Positions 36,384-45,888 of a DNA stretch of 64,000 bases are shown here, piece after piece (positions within the stretch are counted from its first letter, which is position 1; each line of letters begins with the position of its first letter). Under the pieces are notes generated by a model that worked only from the letters and a program-made list of their open reading frames with translations, searched no databases and had not been told where the DNA came from. The translations under genes and the position numbers were made by a program. Origin of the DNA: an uncultured Bacteroidia bacterium (lineage in GTDB: Bacteria; Bacteroidota; Bacteroidia; Bacteroidales; CAJPTX01); contig CAMXWF010000003.1 of assembly GCA_947252645.1 (NCBI GenBank), positions 65,974-129,973 on the forward strand, given 5' to 3'.

Positions 36384-37262
36384 ATGCATAAGTCGGGGTT
36401 TGTGAGCATCATCGGGAATCCAAACGTGGGCAAGTCGACGCTCATGAATCGGCTGGTGGGCGAGCGGCTGTCAATAGTGACTAGCAAGGCCCAGACCACC
36501 CGCCACCGCATCCTGGGCATCGTGGACACCCCTGCGCACCAGATCGTGTACTCCGACACGCCCGGCTACCTCACGCCCGCCTACGCCCTGCAGGAGGCCA
36601 TGCAGGCCAAGGTGGAGGAGACCTTCGAGGATACCGATGTGTTCCTCTACCTCACCGATGTGGTGGAGAAGGCCAACAAGCACCAGGATCTGATCGACAA
36701 GGTAGCGCAGCAGCCCATGCCAGTACTCCTGCTAATCAACAAAATCGACCTCATAGACCAACCCGCGCTGGAGGCCCTGGTGGCCCAGTGGCAGGCCCTG
36801 CTCCCCAAGGCGCAAATCATGCCCATCTCCGCCCTGCACAACTTCGGCGTAGACCTCATAGAGCCCACCATACTCACGCTACTGCCCGAGGGCCCCAAGT
36901 TCTTCCCCCCCGACACCCTCACGAACCGACCAGTACGCTTCTTCATCGCGGAGATCATCCGGGAAAAAATCCTCCTACACTGCAAGCAGGAGGTGCCCTA
37001 CAGCGTGGAGGTGCGCGTGCGCAGCTACCAGGAGGAGGCAGGCCTAGACCGCATCGAGACGGTCATCTTCGTGGCGCGCGACTCGCAGAAGGGCATCCTG
37101 ATAGGCCGCGGCGGCCGCATGCTCAAGCGGATCGGCACGGAGGCTCGGCACGACATCGAGCTGTTCCTGCAAAAGCGCGTCTTCCTCAGGCTAGTAGTCC
37201 AAGTGGCCGAGAACTGGCGCGATGACGAGGACGACCTGCGGGAATTCGGGTACATAGAGTAG
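36384..37262 (+). CDS. era: GTPase Era
   Basis: 292 aa with G1 GNPNVGKST, G3 DTPG, G4 NKID and a C-terminal KH domain. Confidence 0.93.
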   Translation: MHKSGFVSIIGNPNVGKSTLMNRLVGERLSIVTSKAQTTRHRILGIVDTPAHQIVYSDTPGYLTPAYALQEAMQAKVEETFEDTDVFLYLTDVVEKANKHQDLIDKVAQQPMPVLLLINKIDLIDQPALEALVAQWQALLPKAQIMPISALHNFGVDLIEPTILTLLPEGPKFFPPDTLTNRPVRFFIAEIIREKILLHCKQEVPYSVEVRVRSYQEEAGLDRIETVIFVARDSQKGILIGRGGRMLKRIGTEARHDIELFLQKRVFLRLVVQVAENWRDDEDDLREFGYIE

Positions 37263-37329
37263 CGCCGCCCCCCAGGGGATCCGGCGCTGCGGCATCCCAG
37301 CGCGCTTTGCGCAAACGGGACGAAATATG

Positions 37330-37337
37330 TACCTTTG
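37330..37337 (+). promoter_or_regulatory. -7 promoter box (TACCTTTG) for thrS-infC-rpmI-rplT
   Basis: TAnnTTTG consensus 22 nt upstream of the thrS ATG. Confidence 0.6.
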
Positions 37338-37358
37338 CGCAACAATTTCTGAGTCAGG

Positions 37359-39308
37359 ATGGTTAGAATCACACTGCCGGGCGGGGATCTGCGCGAGTAT
37401 AGCAGCCCCGTGACAGGGCTGCAGTTGGCCAAGGACATATCGCCGCGTTTGGGCCGCGAGGCCCTCTCGGTAACGGTCAACGGGGAGATCCACGACCTCG
37501 CGCGGCCGATAGCCGAAGACGCAGCCGTACACGTGAACACGTTTGCCGACCCCGAGGGGAAGCTGACCTATTGGCACTCCTCGGCGCACCTGCTGGCGCA
37601 GGCCCTCGAGGAGCTCTACCCTGGGGTCAGGTTTGGCATAGGGCCCGCCATCGACAACGGCTTTTACTACGATGTCGACCTTGGCGAGCGGACGCTCTCC
37701 GAGGAGGATCTCAAGGCGGTGGAGGCCCGCATGCGCGAGATTACCAAGCGCGCCGAGCCCATCACCCGGGAGGAGGTATCGAAGGCCGAGGCCTTGGCCG
37801 ATTTCCAGCAGAAGGGCGATCCCTACAAGGTGGAGCTGATAGAGGGGCTGGCCGATGGCACCATCACGTTCTACCGACAAGGCGGGTTTACGGACTTGTG
37901 CCGCGGCCCCCACTTGCCCAACACGGGCTACATCAAGGCCATCAAGCTACTGAGCGTGGCCGGAGCCTACTGGCGCGGCGATGAGCACAACAAGCAGCTC
38001 ACGCGCATCTATGGGATCACCTTCCCAAAGCAGGCCATGCTCGAGGAGTACCTCCAGATGCTCGAGGAGGCCAAGAAGCGCGACCACCGGAAAATCGGCC
38101 GGGAGATGGGGCTTTTTGCCTTCTCCTCGCGTGTGGGGCAGGGCCTGCCGCTCTGGCTCCCCAAGGGCACCATACTCCGAGACAACCTCGAGCGCTTCCT
38201 GCGCAAGGTGCAGCTGGACTACGGGTACAAGCAGGTGATCACCCCCCACATTGGGCAGAAGGAGCTCTACGTGACCTCGGGGCACTGGGCCAAGTATGGG
38301 CAGGATAGCTTCCGCCCCATCACCACGCCGCAGGAGGGCGAGGAGTTCCTTCTCAAGCCCATGAACTGCCCGCACCACTGCGAGATCTACCGGGCCGAGC
38401 CCAGAAGCTACCGCGACCTTCCCCTACGCCTAGCCGAATTCGGCACGGTGTACCGCTATGAGCAGTCGGGCGAGCTGCACGGGCTCACGCGCGTGCGCGG
38501 GTTTACGCAGGACGACGCGCACATCTTCTGCACCGAGGATCAGCTCAAGGGCGAGTTCCTCAAGGTGATCGACATCATCTTCTACATCTTCAACACGCTC
38601 AACTTCACGCAGTACGAGGCGCAGGTATCGCTGCGAGACCCCGAGAACAGGGACAAGTACATCGGCACCGATGAGAACTGGGCCCGGGCCGAGGGGGCAA
38701 TCATCGAGGCGGCCGCAGAGCGAGGCCTCAAGACCACAGAAGTCAAGGGGGAGGCAGCCTTCTACGGCCCCAAGCTGGACTTCATGGTGCGCGATGCCAT
38801 AGGGCGCAAGTGGCAGCTGGGCACAATCCAGGTGGACTACAACCTGCCCGAGCGCTTCGAGCTTGAGTACACCGGGGCCGACAACAAGCCGCACCGTCCC
38901 GTGATGATCCACCGGGCGCCGTTTGGCTCCATGGAGCGCTTTGTGGCCGTGCTCATAGAGCATACGGCGGGGCACTTCCCGCTGTGGCTCTCGCCCGATC
39001 AAGTCATCATTCTGCCCATCAGCGACCGCATGAACGACTACGCCAACCAGGTGCGCCAGCAGCTAACCAAGCGCAACTTCCGCGTGGAGCTGGACGAGCG
39101 CAGCGAGAAGATCGGCAAGAAGATCCGGGAGGCCGAGCTCCAGCACGTGCCCTACATCCTCGTGGTGGGCGAGCGGGAGATGCAGGAGGGGCAGGTGGCC
39201 GTGCGCGCGCGCGGCGGTGTTGACCTAGGCACCATGCGCGTGGAGCAATTCATCGAACGGCTCGAAACCGAGCTAGCCAACACGTTCAGCAAGCACGGGG
39301 AAGCCTAA
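37359..39308 (+). CDS. thrS: threonine--tRNA ligase
   Basis: 649 aa with TGS, editing, class II core ([36 protein letters not shown]) and anticodon-binding domains. Confidence 0.95.
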   Translation: MVRITLPGGDLREYSSPVTGLQLAKDISPRLGREALSVTVNGEIHDLARPIAEDAAVHVNTFADPEGKLTYWHSSAHLLAQALEELYPGVRFGIGPAIDNGFYYDVDLGERTLSEEDLKAVEARMREITKRAEPITREEVSKAEALADFQQKGDPYKVELIEGLADGTITFYRQGGFTDLCRGPHLPNTGYIKAIKLLSVAGAYWRGDEHNKQLTRIYGITFPKQAMLEEYLQMLEEAKKRDHRKIGREMGLFAFSSRVGQGLPLWLPKGTILRDNLERFLRKVQLDYGYKQVITPHIGQKELYVTSGHWAKYGQDSFRPITTPQEGEEFLLKPMNCPHHCEIYRAEPRSYRDLPLRLAEFGTVYRYEQSGELHGLTRVRGFTQDDAHIFCTEDQLKGEFLKVIDIIFYIFNTLNFTQYEAQVSLRDPENRDKYIGTDENWARAEGAIIEAAAERGLKTTEVKGEAAFYGPKLDFMVRDAIGRKWQLGTIQVDYNLPERFELEYTGADNKPHRPVMIHRAPFGSMERFVAVLIEHTAGHFPLWLSPDQVIILPISDRMNDYANQVRQQLTKRNFRVELDERSEKIGKKIREAELQHVPYILVVGEREMQEGQVAVRARGGVDLGTMRVEQFIERLETELANTFSKHGEA

Positions 39309-39368
39309 AAGCGCCCCGGGGAGGTCAACAGTATGCAGAACTTTTAATAGAGCGAGGGAGGGACAACT

Positions 39369-40028
39369 ATCGCAGACCAAAGGAATTATAGGCCGGGAGG
39401 GCGTCGCCCGTACGTACCGCACGCACAGCAGCCCGAGCACCAGATCAACGAAGCTATCCGGGCGCGCACCGTGCGCATAGTGGGCGACAACATCGGGGAG
39501 TCGCGCATAGTATCGCGCGAGGAGGCTCTCCGGGTGGCTCGGGATATGGAGCTGGACTTGGTGCTGATCGTGGAGCAGGCCGATCCTCCCGTGTGCCGCG
39601 TGGTGGACTATCAGAAATTCCTCTACCAGCAGCGACGGCGCGAAAAGGAACAAAAGTCGAAAGCCCAGAAGATCGTCATCAAGGAAATCCGCTTTGGCCC
39701 CTATACGGGAGAAAACGACTACCAGTTCAAGCTCCGCCATGCCCAGCAATTCTTGGCCGAGGGCGCCAAGGTGAAAGCCCAGGTGTTCTTCAAGGGGCGG
39801 GCCATCGTGTTTAAGGATCAAGGCGAGATGCTGCTGCTGCGGTTCGCGAAAGATCTGGGCGAGGTGGCAAAAGTGGAATCGCTCCCCACGCTCGAGGGCA
39901 AGCGCATGAATATGTTCTTGGTGCCCCTCAAGGAGCAGAAGAAAGCCAAGAAGAAAGAAGAGAAGACAGACCAGGAGCCTGGTAAGAATACAGGAGAGCA
40001 GGGAAATGCCAAAGATGAAGTCGAATAG
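39369..40028 (+). CDS. infC: translation initiation factor IF-3 (probable non-canonical start)
   Basis: The frame is open from 39351. The conserved [14 protein letters not shown] block lies upstream of the first ATG/GTG (39471), and the in-frame ATC at 39369 is the only near-cognate candidate. The rest is typical IF-3. Confidence 0.8.
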   Translation: MADQRNYRPGGRRPYVPHAQQPEHQINEAIRARTVRIVGDNIGESRIVSREEALRVARDMELDLVLIVEQADPPVCRVVDYQKFLYQQRRREKEQKSKAQKIVIKEIRFGPYTGENDYQFKLRHAQQFLAEGAKVKAQVFFKGRAIVFKDQGEMLLLRFAKDLGEVAKVESLPTLEGKRMNMFLVPLKEQKKAKKKEEKTDQEPGKNTGEQGNAKDEVE

Positions 40029-40200
40029 GGCGGCTATGAAGCGCTTCATAGTGTGCGGTTCGGGGCGGATCAAGCGTAAGCACGCCTACAAGAGCCATAT
40101 CCTGACGAAAAAGTCAACCAAGCGCAAGCGCAACCTCACCAAGGTAGCCGGCTTACACCGCCACAATATGGCCGTAGTGCGGGAGCTGATCTTGCGCTAG
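40006..40200 (+). CDS. rpmI: 50S ribosomal protein L35
   Basis: 64 aa starting [14 protein letters not shown]. It overlaps the infC 3' end by 23 nt. Confidence 0.93.
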   Translation: MPKMKSNRAAMKRFIVCGSGRIKRKHAYKSHILTKKSTKRKRNLTKVAGLHRHNMAVVRELILR

Positions 40201-40291
40201 GCTCGTAAACGAGAGCAATAGTAACCAAGGGCAGCTGGGCCTACTCAAGCGCACGAGATGGCGTGACGCCTAATGCCCGAAAACCAAAGAT

Positions 40292-40642
40292 ATGCCACGT
40301 TCAGTGAATGCCGTCGCCTCGCGGCGGCGCAGGAAGAAGATCCTCAAGCAGACGAAGGGCAATTTCCTAGCCCGGCGCAACGTCTACACCGTAGCTAAAA
40401 ACACCCTAGAGAAGGGGTGGACCCACGCCTACGTGGGCCGCAAACTCAAAAAAGGCCAATTCCGGCAGCTCTGGATACAGCGCATCAACGCCGCCGTCAG
40501 GGCCGAGGGCATGAACTATTCGCAGTTCATGGGTCTGCTGGCAGCGCAGAATATCTGCCTGAGCCGTAAGGTTCTGGCCGACCTGGCCATGAACGACCCC
40601 GCGGCCTTTGAGCAAATAGTGAAAGCGGCCAAACAAGAGTAG
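40292..40642 (+). CDS. rplT: 50S ribosomal protein L20
   Basis: 116 aa starting [23 protein letters not shown], a typical L20 sequence. Confidence 0.95.
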   Translation: MPRSVNAVASRRRRKKILKQTKGNFLARRNVYTVAKNTLEKGWTHAYVGRKLKKGQFRQLWIQRINAAVRAEGMNYSQFMGLLAAQNICLSRKVLADLAMNDPAAFEQIVKAAKQE

Positions 40643-40663
40643 ATAATCGGCAGTGGTCTGTCG

Positions 40664-40698
40664 AAGGGCGCAGCCTGTTGGCTGCGCCCTTTTCTATT
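40664..40698 (+). terminator. intrinsic terminator after rplT
   Basis: 12-bp perfect stem AAGGGCGCAGCC / GGCTGCGCCCTT with loop TGTT, followed by TTCTATT. Confidence 0.8.
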
Positions 40699-40833
40699 GT
40701 CCCAAGTCCCCCTCTGGCGGGCTAGGCCGCAGCCTTGCCTCCACGGCGCGGGAAAGGCACGCCGCGCCGCGGCCTGGGGGCAAAGCGCAAGGGAAAGGGC
40801 GGGGAATAGCGCCCCTACTGGGCAAGTACGGGG

Positions 40834-42075
40834 CTAGTCGTGCGACCCTAGCATTGCGCGGTAGCCGCGCGCAAGGGCCTGGTCCAGCCAGGCATTGAAG
40901 GCGTGCAGGTGCTTTCTGTCGGGCGAGGCCGCGCCCCATTGGGCCATCATCTCGAGGGCCTTGGTGCGTATCTGCCCATCGAGGGCCTTGCGCTGGGGTT
41001 CAAGCCCCCCGTTGAGGCTGTTGCGGTAAACGGCCAGGTCCATGTAGCGTAGGCCGCTGCCCCGCGTAATGGGATACACACGGCGCATGAGCTGCAAGGC
41101 CGCATGCCCCAGCGGGGCCTCCAGGCCATCGGACGGAGAGGTGATTTGCTGCGGCAGGGTAGCAGCGTCAAGCGGCCAAGCGGGCACATGCACGCAGGTC
41201 AGCGGGAAGGCAATGGCGCACCAGAGGGTCGTACGGCTAGGGGCCTCGCCCGGGCCTACGGACTCTATGACTGCGTTGGAAGCAGAGCCGTAGCGGCAGA
41301 TGAAGTCAGAAGCGTTAACCATGTAGCCCGCAGCCTTGGTAGGGAGGGTCTGGTTGTAGCTATCGCCCGTGAGGGCGTTGGAGAGGTCGTGGGGTAGGCG
41401 GTCGGTAAAGAGCTCCAGGGAGAGCTTCCCTTGGCTGGCGGCTTGGGCCAGGATGCCCTCAGCGGTTTGTCGACGGATAAATCCGTAGCCCACGTTGGGC
41501 GTTCCCATCTCGGAGAAGTTGGTCCTGACGAGGTAGCCCTTTGGGGCCACGGCGGGGTCGTTGACGTCGTACTTGACGAAGTGGTAGTTGTCGGTTTCGT
41601 AGTACGCGGCGCCGCCTTCCGCATCCACGACACCAAAATTGGCATTCAGGCCCCAGGGCCGCGGGCGCGCGAGGAGCAAGGCCTCAAAGTCGGCCAGGGT
41701 GCGGCACTGCATGAGGGCCTGCTTCATGACGATGCCCTCCTGGTCGGCAAACTTGGTGGTGTCGCCCGGATTGGTGTTGAAGGAGGCCGAGTTCATGATG
41801 GCAAAGCCAGCCGCATTGCAGCCGGCCCACACCATGCGCTGGGCCGAGGAGTCGCAATTGACTAGGCCGATGTAGGCGTAGCGGCCGTCGGCAAAGAACT
41901 TGACCCTATTGCGGAGCGAGTCGGTGTCGCGCAGCTTCCAGAGCATCGCCCTACCCGACTTTGAGGCCTTGGCCGACACCACGGCCGTAGTGCAGGCCCA
42001 CGTGGAACCCACGGCCAGCGCGAAGAAAAGGCAAAGGGAAAAGGCGCACCGCGCGCACAATGTATAGTGTCTCAT
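40834..42075 (-). CDS. secreted Ntn-hydrolase-like protein (C45 / acyl-CoA:6-APA acyltransferase-like family)
   Basis: ATG at 42075 gives 413 aa. A signal peptide ends in ...STWA|CTTAVV, exposing a Cys as expected for an N-terminal-nucleophile hydrolase. Family assignment is from recall only. Confidence 0.5.
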   Translation of the reverse strand: MRHYTLCARCAFSLCLFFALAVGSTWACTTAVVSAKASKSGRAMLWKLRDTDSLRNRVKFFADGRYAYIGLVNCDSSAQRMVWAGCNAAGFAIMNSASFNTNPGDTTKFADQEGIVMKQALMQCRTLADFEALLLARPRPWGLNANFGVVDAEGGAAYYETDNYHFVKYDVNDPAVAPKGYLVRTNFSEMGTPNVGYGFIRRQTAEGILAQAASQGKLSLELFTDRLPHDLSNALTGDSYNQTLPTKAAGYMVNASDFICRYGSASNAVIESVGPGEAPSRTTLWCAIAFPLTCVHVPAWPLDAATLPQQITSPSDGLEAPLGHAALQLMRRVYPITRGSGLRYMDLAVYRNSLNGGLEPQRKALDGQIRTKALEMMAQWGAASPDRKHLHAFNAWLDQALARGYRAMLGSHD

Positions 42076-42186
42076 GGAATTGCTAGATTTAGCTGGCACC
42101 CAAAGCCCCATGGGCGCCTAGGTAAAGGTAAGCGTTTCGTGGCTAACCGCAGCCCGGGGCGGGGGGCTGAGGGTGGGAGGCTCGCT

Positions 42187-43060
42187 TCAGTTCGTCAAGC
42201 TCCCAAGGGGCACAACCAGCACGCCATCCTCTCGCCGGTAGCTGTAGGCCCCTGTGCCCGTTACGACCATCAAGAAGGAGGGTGCGGGCATCTTGTCGGT
42301 ATCTAGCTTGCTGGCGAGCTTTTTTAGGGTCTTTGCGCCCTGCTCTATCAGGGTGTCACCGCCGAGCTTTACCTCTATAAGCCCGTAACGCCCATCTCTA
42401 CGATGGAGCACGGCATCGCATTCAAGGCCATTTTTGTCGCGATAGTGGTACACCTGGGCATCAAGCGCATCGGCATACACCCGCAAGTCTCTTACAGCCA
42501 AAGTTTCAAAGAGCAAGCCAAAGGTTGAGAGGTCATTAAGCAACTCGTCGGGGCCTGCCCCCAACGCAGCCGTAGCAATGGAGGTCTTGCGATTCCCATA
42601 GACTCATAGGGCGCATGGTGAGCCAGGCAAAACGGCCTGTGCCGGAGTGGGTGATCTCCGCGGTATTGGGTGGAACAGCCGACCCAGTAAAGATGAGCTG
42701 CCCCGGCAAACCCCGCTGGCTCACCTCAAAGCGTGCGGCATCCCAAAGCTTGGGCGCCAATTGCCACTCATCGATTAGACGGGGCGTGGCCCCCTGAAAT
42801 AGCAACCAGGGCGCCGACTCGGAGAGGATAATGCTATCTTTCCGCATTCGAGGGTCATCCATATAGAGGACGCTCTTCGCGTGCTTCTTGGCGGTTGTCG
42901 TCTTGCCGCACCACTTGGGCCCTTGTATAAGCACCACGCCGGCTGCTTCCAATTGATTGCGCAGAAGCGCATCGGCAATCCTGTTCCAATGGATAAATTC
43001 CACTGATATGTCCCTGTTAATTCTGCCCAGAGACCTACAAAGTAATCTACTGACAAGCAA
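42187..43060 (-). pseudogene. decayed AAA-ATPase gene (AAA_14 N-domain + DUF4143 C-domain), frameshifted with apparent internal deletion
   Basis: The N fragment (42536-43060) has Walker A GPKWCGKTT and ...GTGRFAWLTMRPMSLWES. The C fragment (42187-42564) is in another frame (FETLAVRDLRVYA...DAVL...GLIEVKLGG). Combined length is ~285 aa versus ~400+ aa recalled for intact homologs. Confidence 0.7.
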
Positions 43061-43069
43061 ATAGTTGCC

Positions 43070-43138
43070 TATTCAATTCCGGTAAACGGCTTGTTTTCAT
43101 TCTGGCAAATGGCGCGTTTTCATTCAGGCAAATGGCGG
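43070..43138. repeat. three tandem 23-bp repeats (GTTTTCATTC[T/A]GGCAAATGGCG x2 plus one degenerate copy)
   Basis: Read directly. Copies at 43093-43115 and 43116-43138 differ at 2 positions, and 43070-43092 matches 14/23. They lie between the ATPase pseudogene and the DUF262 promoter. Confidence 0.8.
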
Positions 43139-43196
43139 GTTTCCCTTGTGTAGCACTGCGCACTAGCCGCTGTCCACAAGCCACTTGCTTTTTTGC

Positions 43197-43204
43197 TATA
43201 TTTG
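43197..43204 (+). promoter_or_regulatory. -7 promoter box (TATATTTG) for the DUF262-HNH / methyltransferase pair
   Basis: TAnnTTTG consensus 165 nt upstream of the ATG at 43369. Confidence 0.5.
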
Positions 43205-43368
43205 CGTAGCTACCAGTAGGCAGAGGCCAGTAGCAAGGCTAACCACTGGTGGTTGGGGACTAACTACGGCCGACCTGGCATGTGGCCTGAGGGTGCGGCT
43301 ATGACGCCATCGGTAGGAGAGCAAAATATCTAGAAGCGGGCATTCACGAAAGATAGATTTACTTGAAA

Positions 43369-44541
43369 ATGCACACGGAGCTACATACGGAGTGGACGGT
43401 AGGGGATGTATGCAAGGGCTTCACATACAACGAGCTGGAGGAGAAAGGGCTTTTTGGGCTCAATGGGCAGCTGACAATACAGCCGGAGTACCAGCGGCAC
43501 TACATATACAACGATGGTATGCGCGATGTGGCCGTGGTTGATTCCATCCTCCGGGGCTATCCGATAGGGCTACTCTACTTCAACTGCACGGCCGATGGGC
43601 GCTACGAGGTGCTCGATGGGCAGCAGCGGATCACCTCGATAGGCCGCTACGTGACAGGCAAATTCGCCATACAGGACGACCGTGGCAACGCACAGTACTT
43701 TCTAGGGCTTCCCGAGGCCCAGCAGCAGCTAATCCTCAGCACGCCGCTGCTCGTCTACGCGTGCAAGGGGGAGGAGAAGGAGATCAAGGAATGGTTTAAA
43801 ACGATAAACATCGTGGGAGTGCCGCTCAATGAGCAGGAGCTGCTCAATGCGATATATTCAGGGCCATTCGTGACGGCGGCAAAGCGCGTATTCAGCAACT
43901 CTGGGCGCGCCGAGATGCAAAAATGGCGGTACTACGTGCGGGGCGACGTGAAGCGGCAGGATTACCTTGCGCAGGCACTCGAGTGGGTGTGCGCCCGCAA
44001 CGGGGTAGACGTTGACCAATACATGAGCCTACATCGACGCGAGGAGAGCATTGAGGAGCTGGAGAACTATTTCACCACTGTAATTGATTGGGTGGCGGCC
44101 ATATTTAGCATGCTGGAGAACGATATGCGAGGCCTGGAGTGGGGGCGGCTCTACGAGCTGTATCACAACACCTCCTACAACGTAACGCGAGTGGCCGAAC
44201 GGGTAGAGGCACTGCGAAGCGACGAATGCGTGCGATGCCCTCGCAACGTCTATGAGTATGTGTTAGGCGGCGAGACGAATACGCAGCTGCTCGATATACG
44301 GGTGTTTGAAGAGTCGACAAAGAAAAAGGCGTACAAGCGGCAAACAGCCCAGGCCGAGGCGCAAGGGATCTCCAACTGCCCGCTCTGCGCAGCGGGCAAC
44401 AATGCCAACCGAACACGGATCTACAAGCTGTCGGAAATGGAAGCCGACCACGTGACGGCCTGGAGCAAGGGGGGCAACACGGAGCCAGAGAACTGCGAAA
44501 TGCTCTGCAAGACGCATAACCGGGCGAAGGGGAATAGATAG
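43369..44541 (+). CDS. DUF262 (ParB/Srx-like NTPase) domain protein with C-terminal HNH nuclease
   Basis: 390 aa from the ATG at 43369. The N-terminus has [10 protein letters not shown] and [14 protein letters not shown] (DGQQR motif). The C-terminus has CPLC...[31 protein letters not shown] (HNH). Confidence 0.8.
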   Translation: MHTELHTEWTVGDVCKGFTYNELEEKGLFGLNGQLTIQPEYQRHYIYNDGMRDVAVVDSILRGYPIGLLYFNCTADGRYEVLDGQQRITSIGRYVTGKFAIQDDRGNAQYFLGLPEAQQQLILSTPLLVYACKGEEKEIKEWFKTINIVGVPLNEQELLNAIYSGPFVTAAKRVFSNSGRAEMQKWRYYVRGDVKRQDYLAQALEWVCARNGVDVDQYMSLHRREESIEELENYFTTVIDWVAAIFSMLENDMRGLEWGRLYELYHNTSYNVTRVAERVEALRSDECVRCPRNVYEYVLGGETNTQLLDIRVFEESTKKKAYKRQTAQAEAQGISNCPLCAAGNNANRTRIYKLSEMEADHVTAWSKGGNTEPENCEMLCKTHNRAKGNR

Positions 44542-44648
44542 AAGATGCGCGCACGCGCAGCCGCAGCGAGCGGGGCAAGTGGATTCCCCAGGATGCGCAG
44601 CGGCTGGTAACTGGCAACTGGCTCCTGTTCACTAACAACTAACTACGC

Positions 44649-45749
44649 ATGGCAAATCGTAACCTCAACGCCGCCAAGGCGGCCAAGAACGATGAGTTCT
44701 ACACGCAGTACCACGACATCGAGGAGGAGATGAACGCCTACCATGAGTACGACCGCAACGTGTTTCGCGACAAAACGGTGCTGCTCCCCTGCGACGACCC
44801 GGAGTGGAGCAACTTCACGCGGCATTTCGCCGCACGCTTTAGCGACCTGGGGCTGCGCCGGCTCATCAGCACGAGCTTTGCGCCGGAGAGCAAGACGTAC
44901 CGCGGGCCCTGGCAGCCCACGCTCTTCGAGACGCGCAGCCCGCGCTACGAGCCCACGAAGAGCCAGGTGCGCGGGAAGATCTTCATGCTAGACCGCGAGG
45001 CGCACGGCGCCGCGCGGGTGAACGTCGACGACCTCCAGTGGGACTACCTACAGGGCGATGGCGACTTCCGCAGCCCCGAGGTGACGCGACTGCGCGACGA
45101 GGCCGACATCATCATTACCAATCCCCCCTTCTCCCTCTTCCGGGAGTTCCTCGCGTGGATCGTGGAGGCGGGCAAGCGCTTTGCCATCATAGGCAACATG
45201 AACGCCATCACCTACAAAGAGGTCTTCCCGCTAATCAAGGAGAATAGAATATGGTTGGGGGCTACAGGAACGGGAAGCGACATGGTGTTTAGAGTACCAG
45301 AAGGAGTCACGGTTGACGAGAGGGATAAGGAGAAAGCCGCACGGATGGGATACGTTGGCAACTACACAAGGCTAGGCAACTCTTGCTGGTTTACCAACCT
45401 GGAGCATGGGCGGCGGCACGAGCCGCTGAAGCTAAACACCATGGCGGAGAACCTGCGGTACGTGCGGGCGCTGCAGGGCCGCAAGGCCTACGCGCGCTAC
45501 GACAACTACGATGCCATCGAGGTGCCAGCGACGGTGGCGATCCCGAGCGACTACGAGGGGGTGATGGGCGTGCCCATCTCGTTCCTGGATAAGTACTGCC
45601 CCGAGCAGTTCGAAATCCTGGGGGCATCAGAAAGCGAGGGGAAGGGATTCTCGAATGGTCTGTGGGTCTCTACAAGCGGCGTAGCCCAGCCGCTAGTGGC
45701 TGGGGAAAGGGTATACAAGCGGATATTCATAAAAAAGCGGGAAGATTAA
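44649..45749 (+). CDS. M.EcoRI-family N6-adenine DNA methyltransferase
   Basis: 366 aa with NDEFYTQ, GDGDFRS, the catalytic NPPF (IITNPPFSLFREF), ITYKEVFPLIKENRIWLG, YDNYDAIEV and GVMGVPISFLDKYCPEQFEI. It is colinear with M.EcoRI as I recall it. Confidence 0.85.
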   Translation: MANRNLNAAKAAKNDEFYTQYHDIEEEMNAYHEYDRNVFRDKTVLLPCDDPEWSNFTRHFAARFSDLGLRRLISTSFAPESKTYRGPWQPTLFETRSPRYEPTKSQVRGKIFMLDREAHGAARVNVDDLQWDYLQGDGDFRSPEVTRLRDEADIIITNPPFSLFREFLAWIVEAGKRFAIIGNMNAITYKEVFPLIKENRIWLGATGTGSDMVFRVPEGVTVDERDKEKAARMGYVGNYTRLGNSCWFTNLEHGRRHEPLKLNTMAENLRYVRALQGRKAYARYDNYDAIEVPATVAIPSDYEGVMGVPISFLDKYCPEQFEILGASESEGKGFSNGLWVSTSGVAQPLVAGERVYKRIFIKKRED

Positions 45750-45880
45750 CTGGAGCGCGCAGCGCATGGCAAATAGCAACCTCACCCGGCAAGCTATCGG
45801 GGCGGAAGCTACATTTGCGGGGGCAATCTGCCGTGCAACTTGCCCATGGAGTAGCCTTGCTGCCAATGGGTAAAATTGCG

Positions 45881-45888
45881 TATCTTTG
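45881..45888 (+). promoter_or_regulatory. -7 promoter box (TATCTTTG) for the thi operon
   Basis: TAnnTTTG consensus a few nt upstream of the TPP riboswitch P1 helix. Confidence 0.6.

Noticed and set aside
40699-40833. Possible Bacteroidales-1 RNA motif, which I recall as often lying downstream of rplT.
   Set aside because: I see GC-rich imperfect palindromes (for example CGGCGCG...CGCGCCG). There is no TAnnTTTG promoter box, and I do not remember the motif consensus well enough to call it. An Rfam cmsearch would decide.
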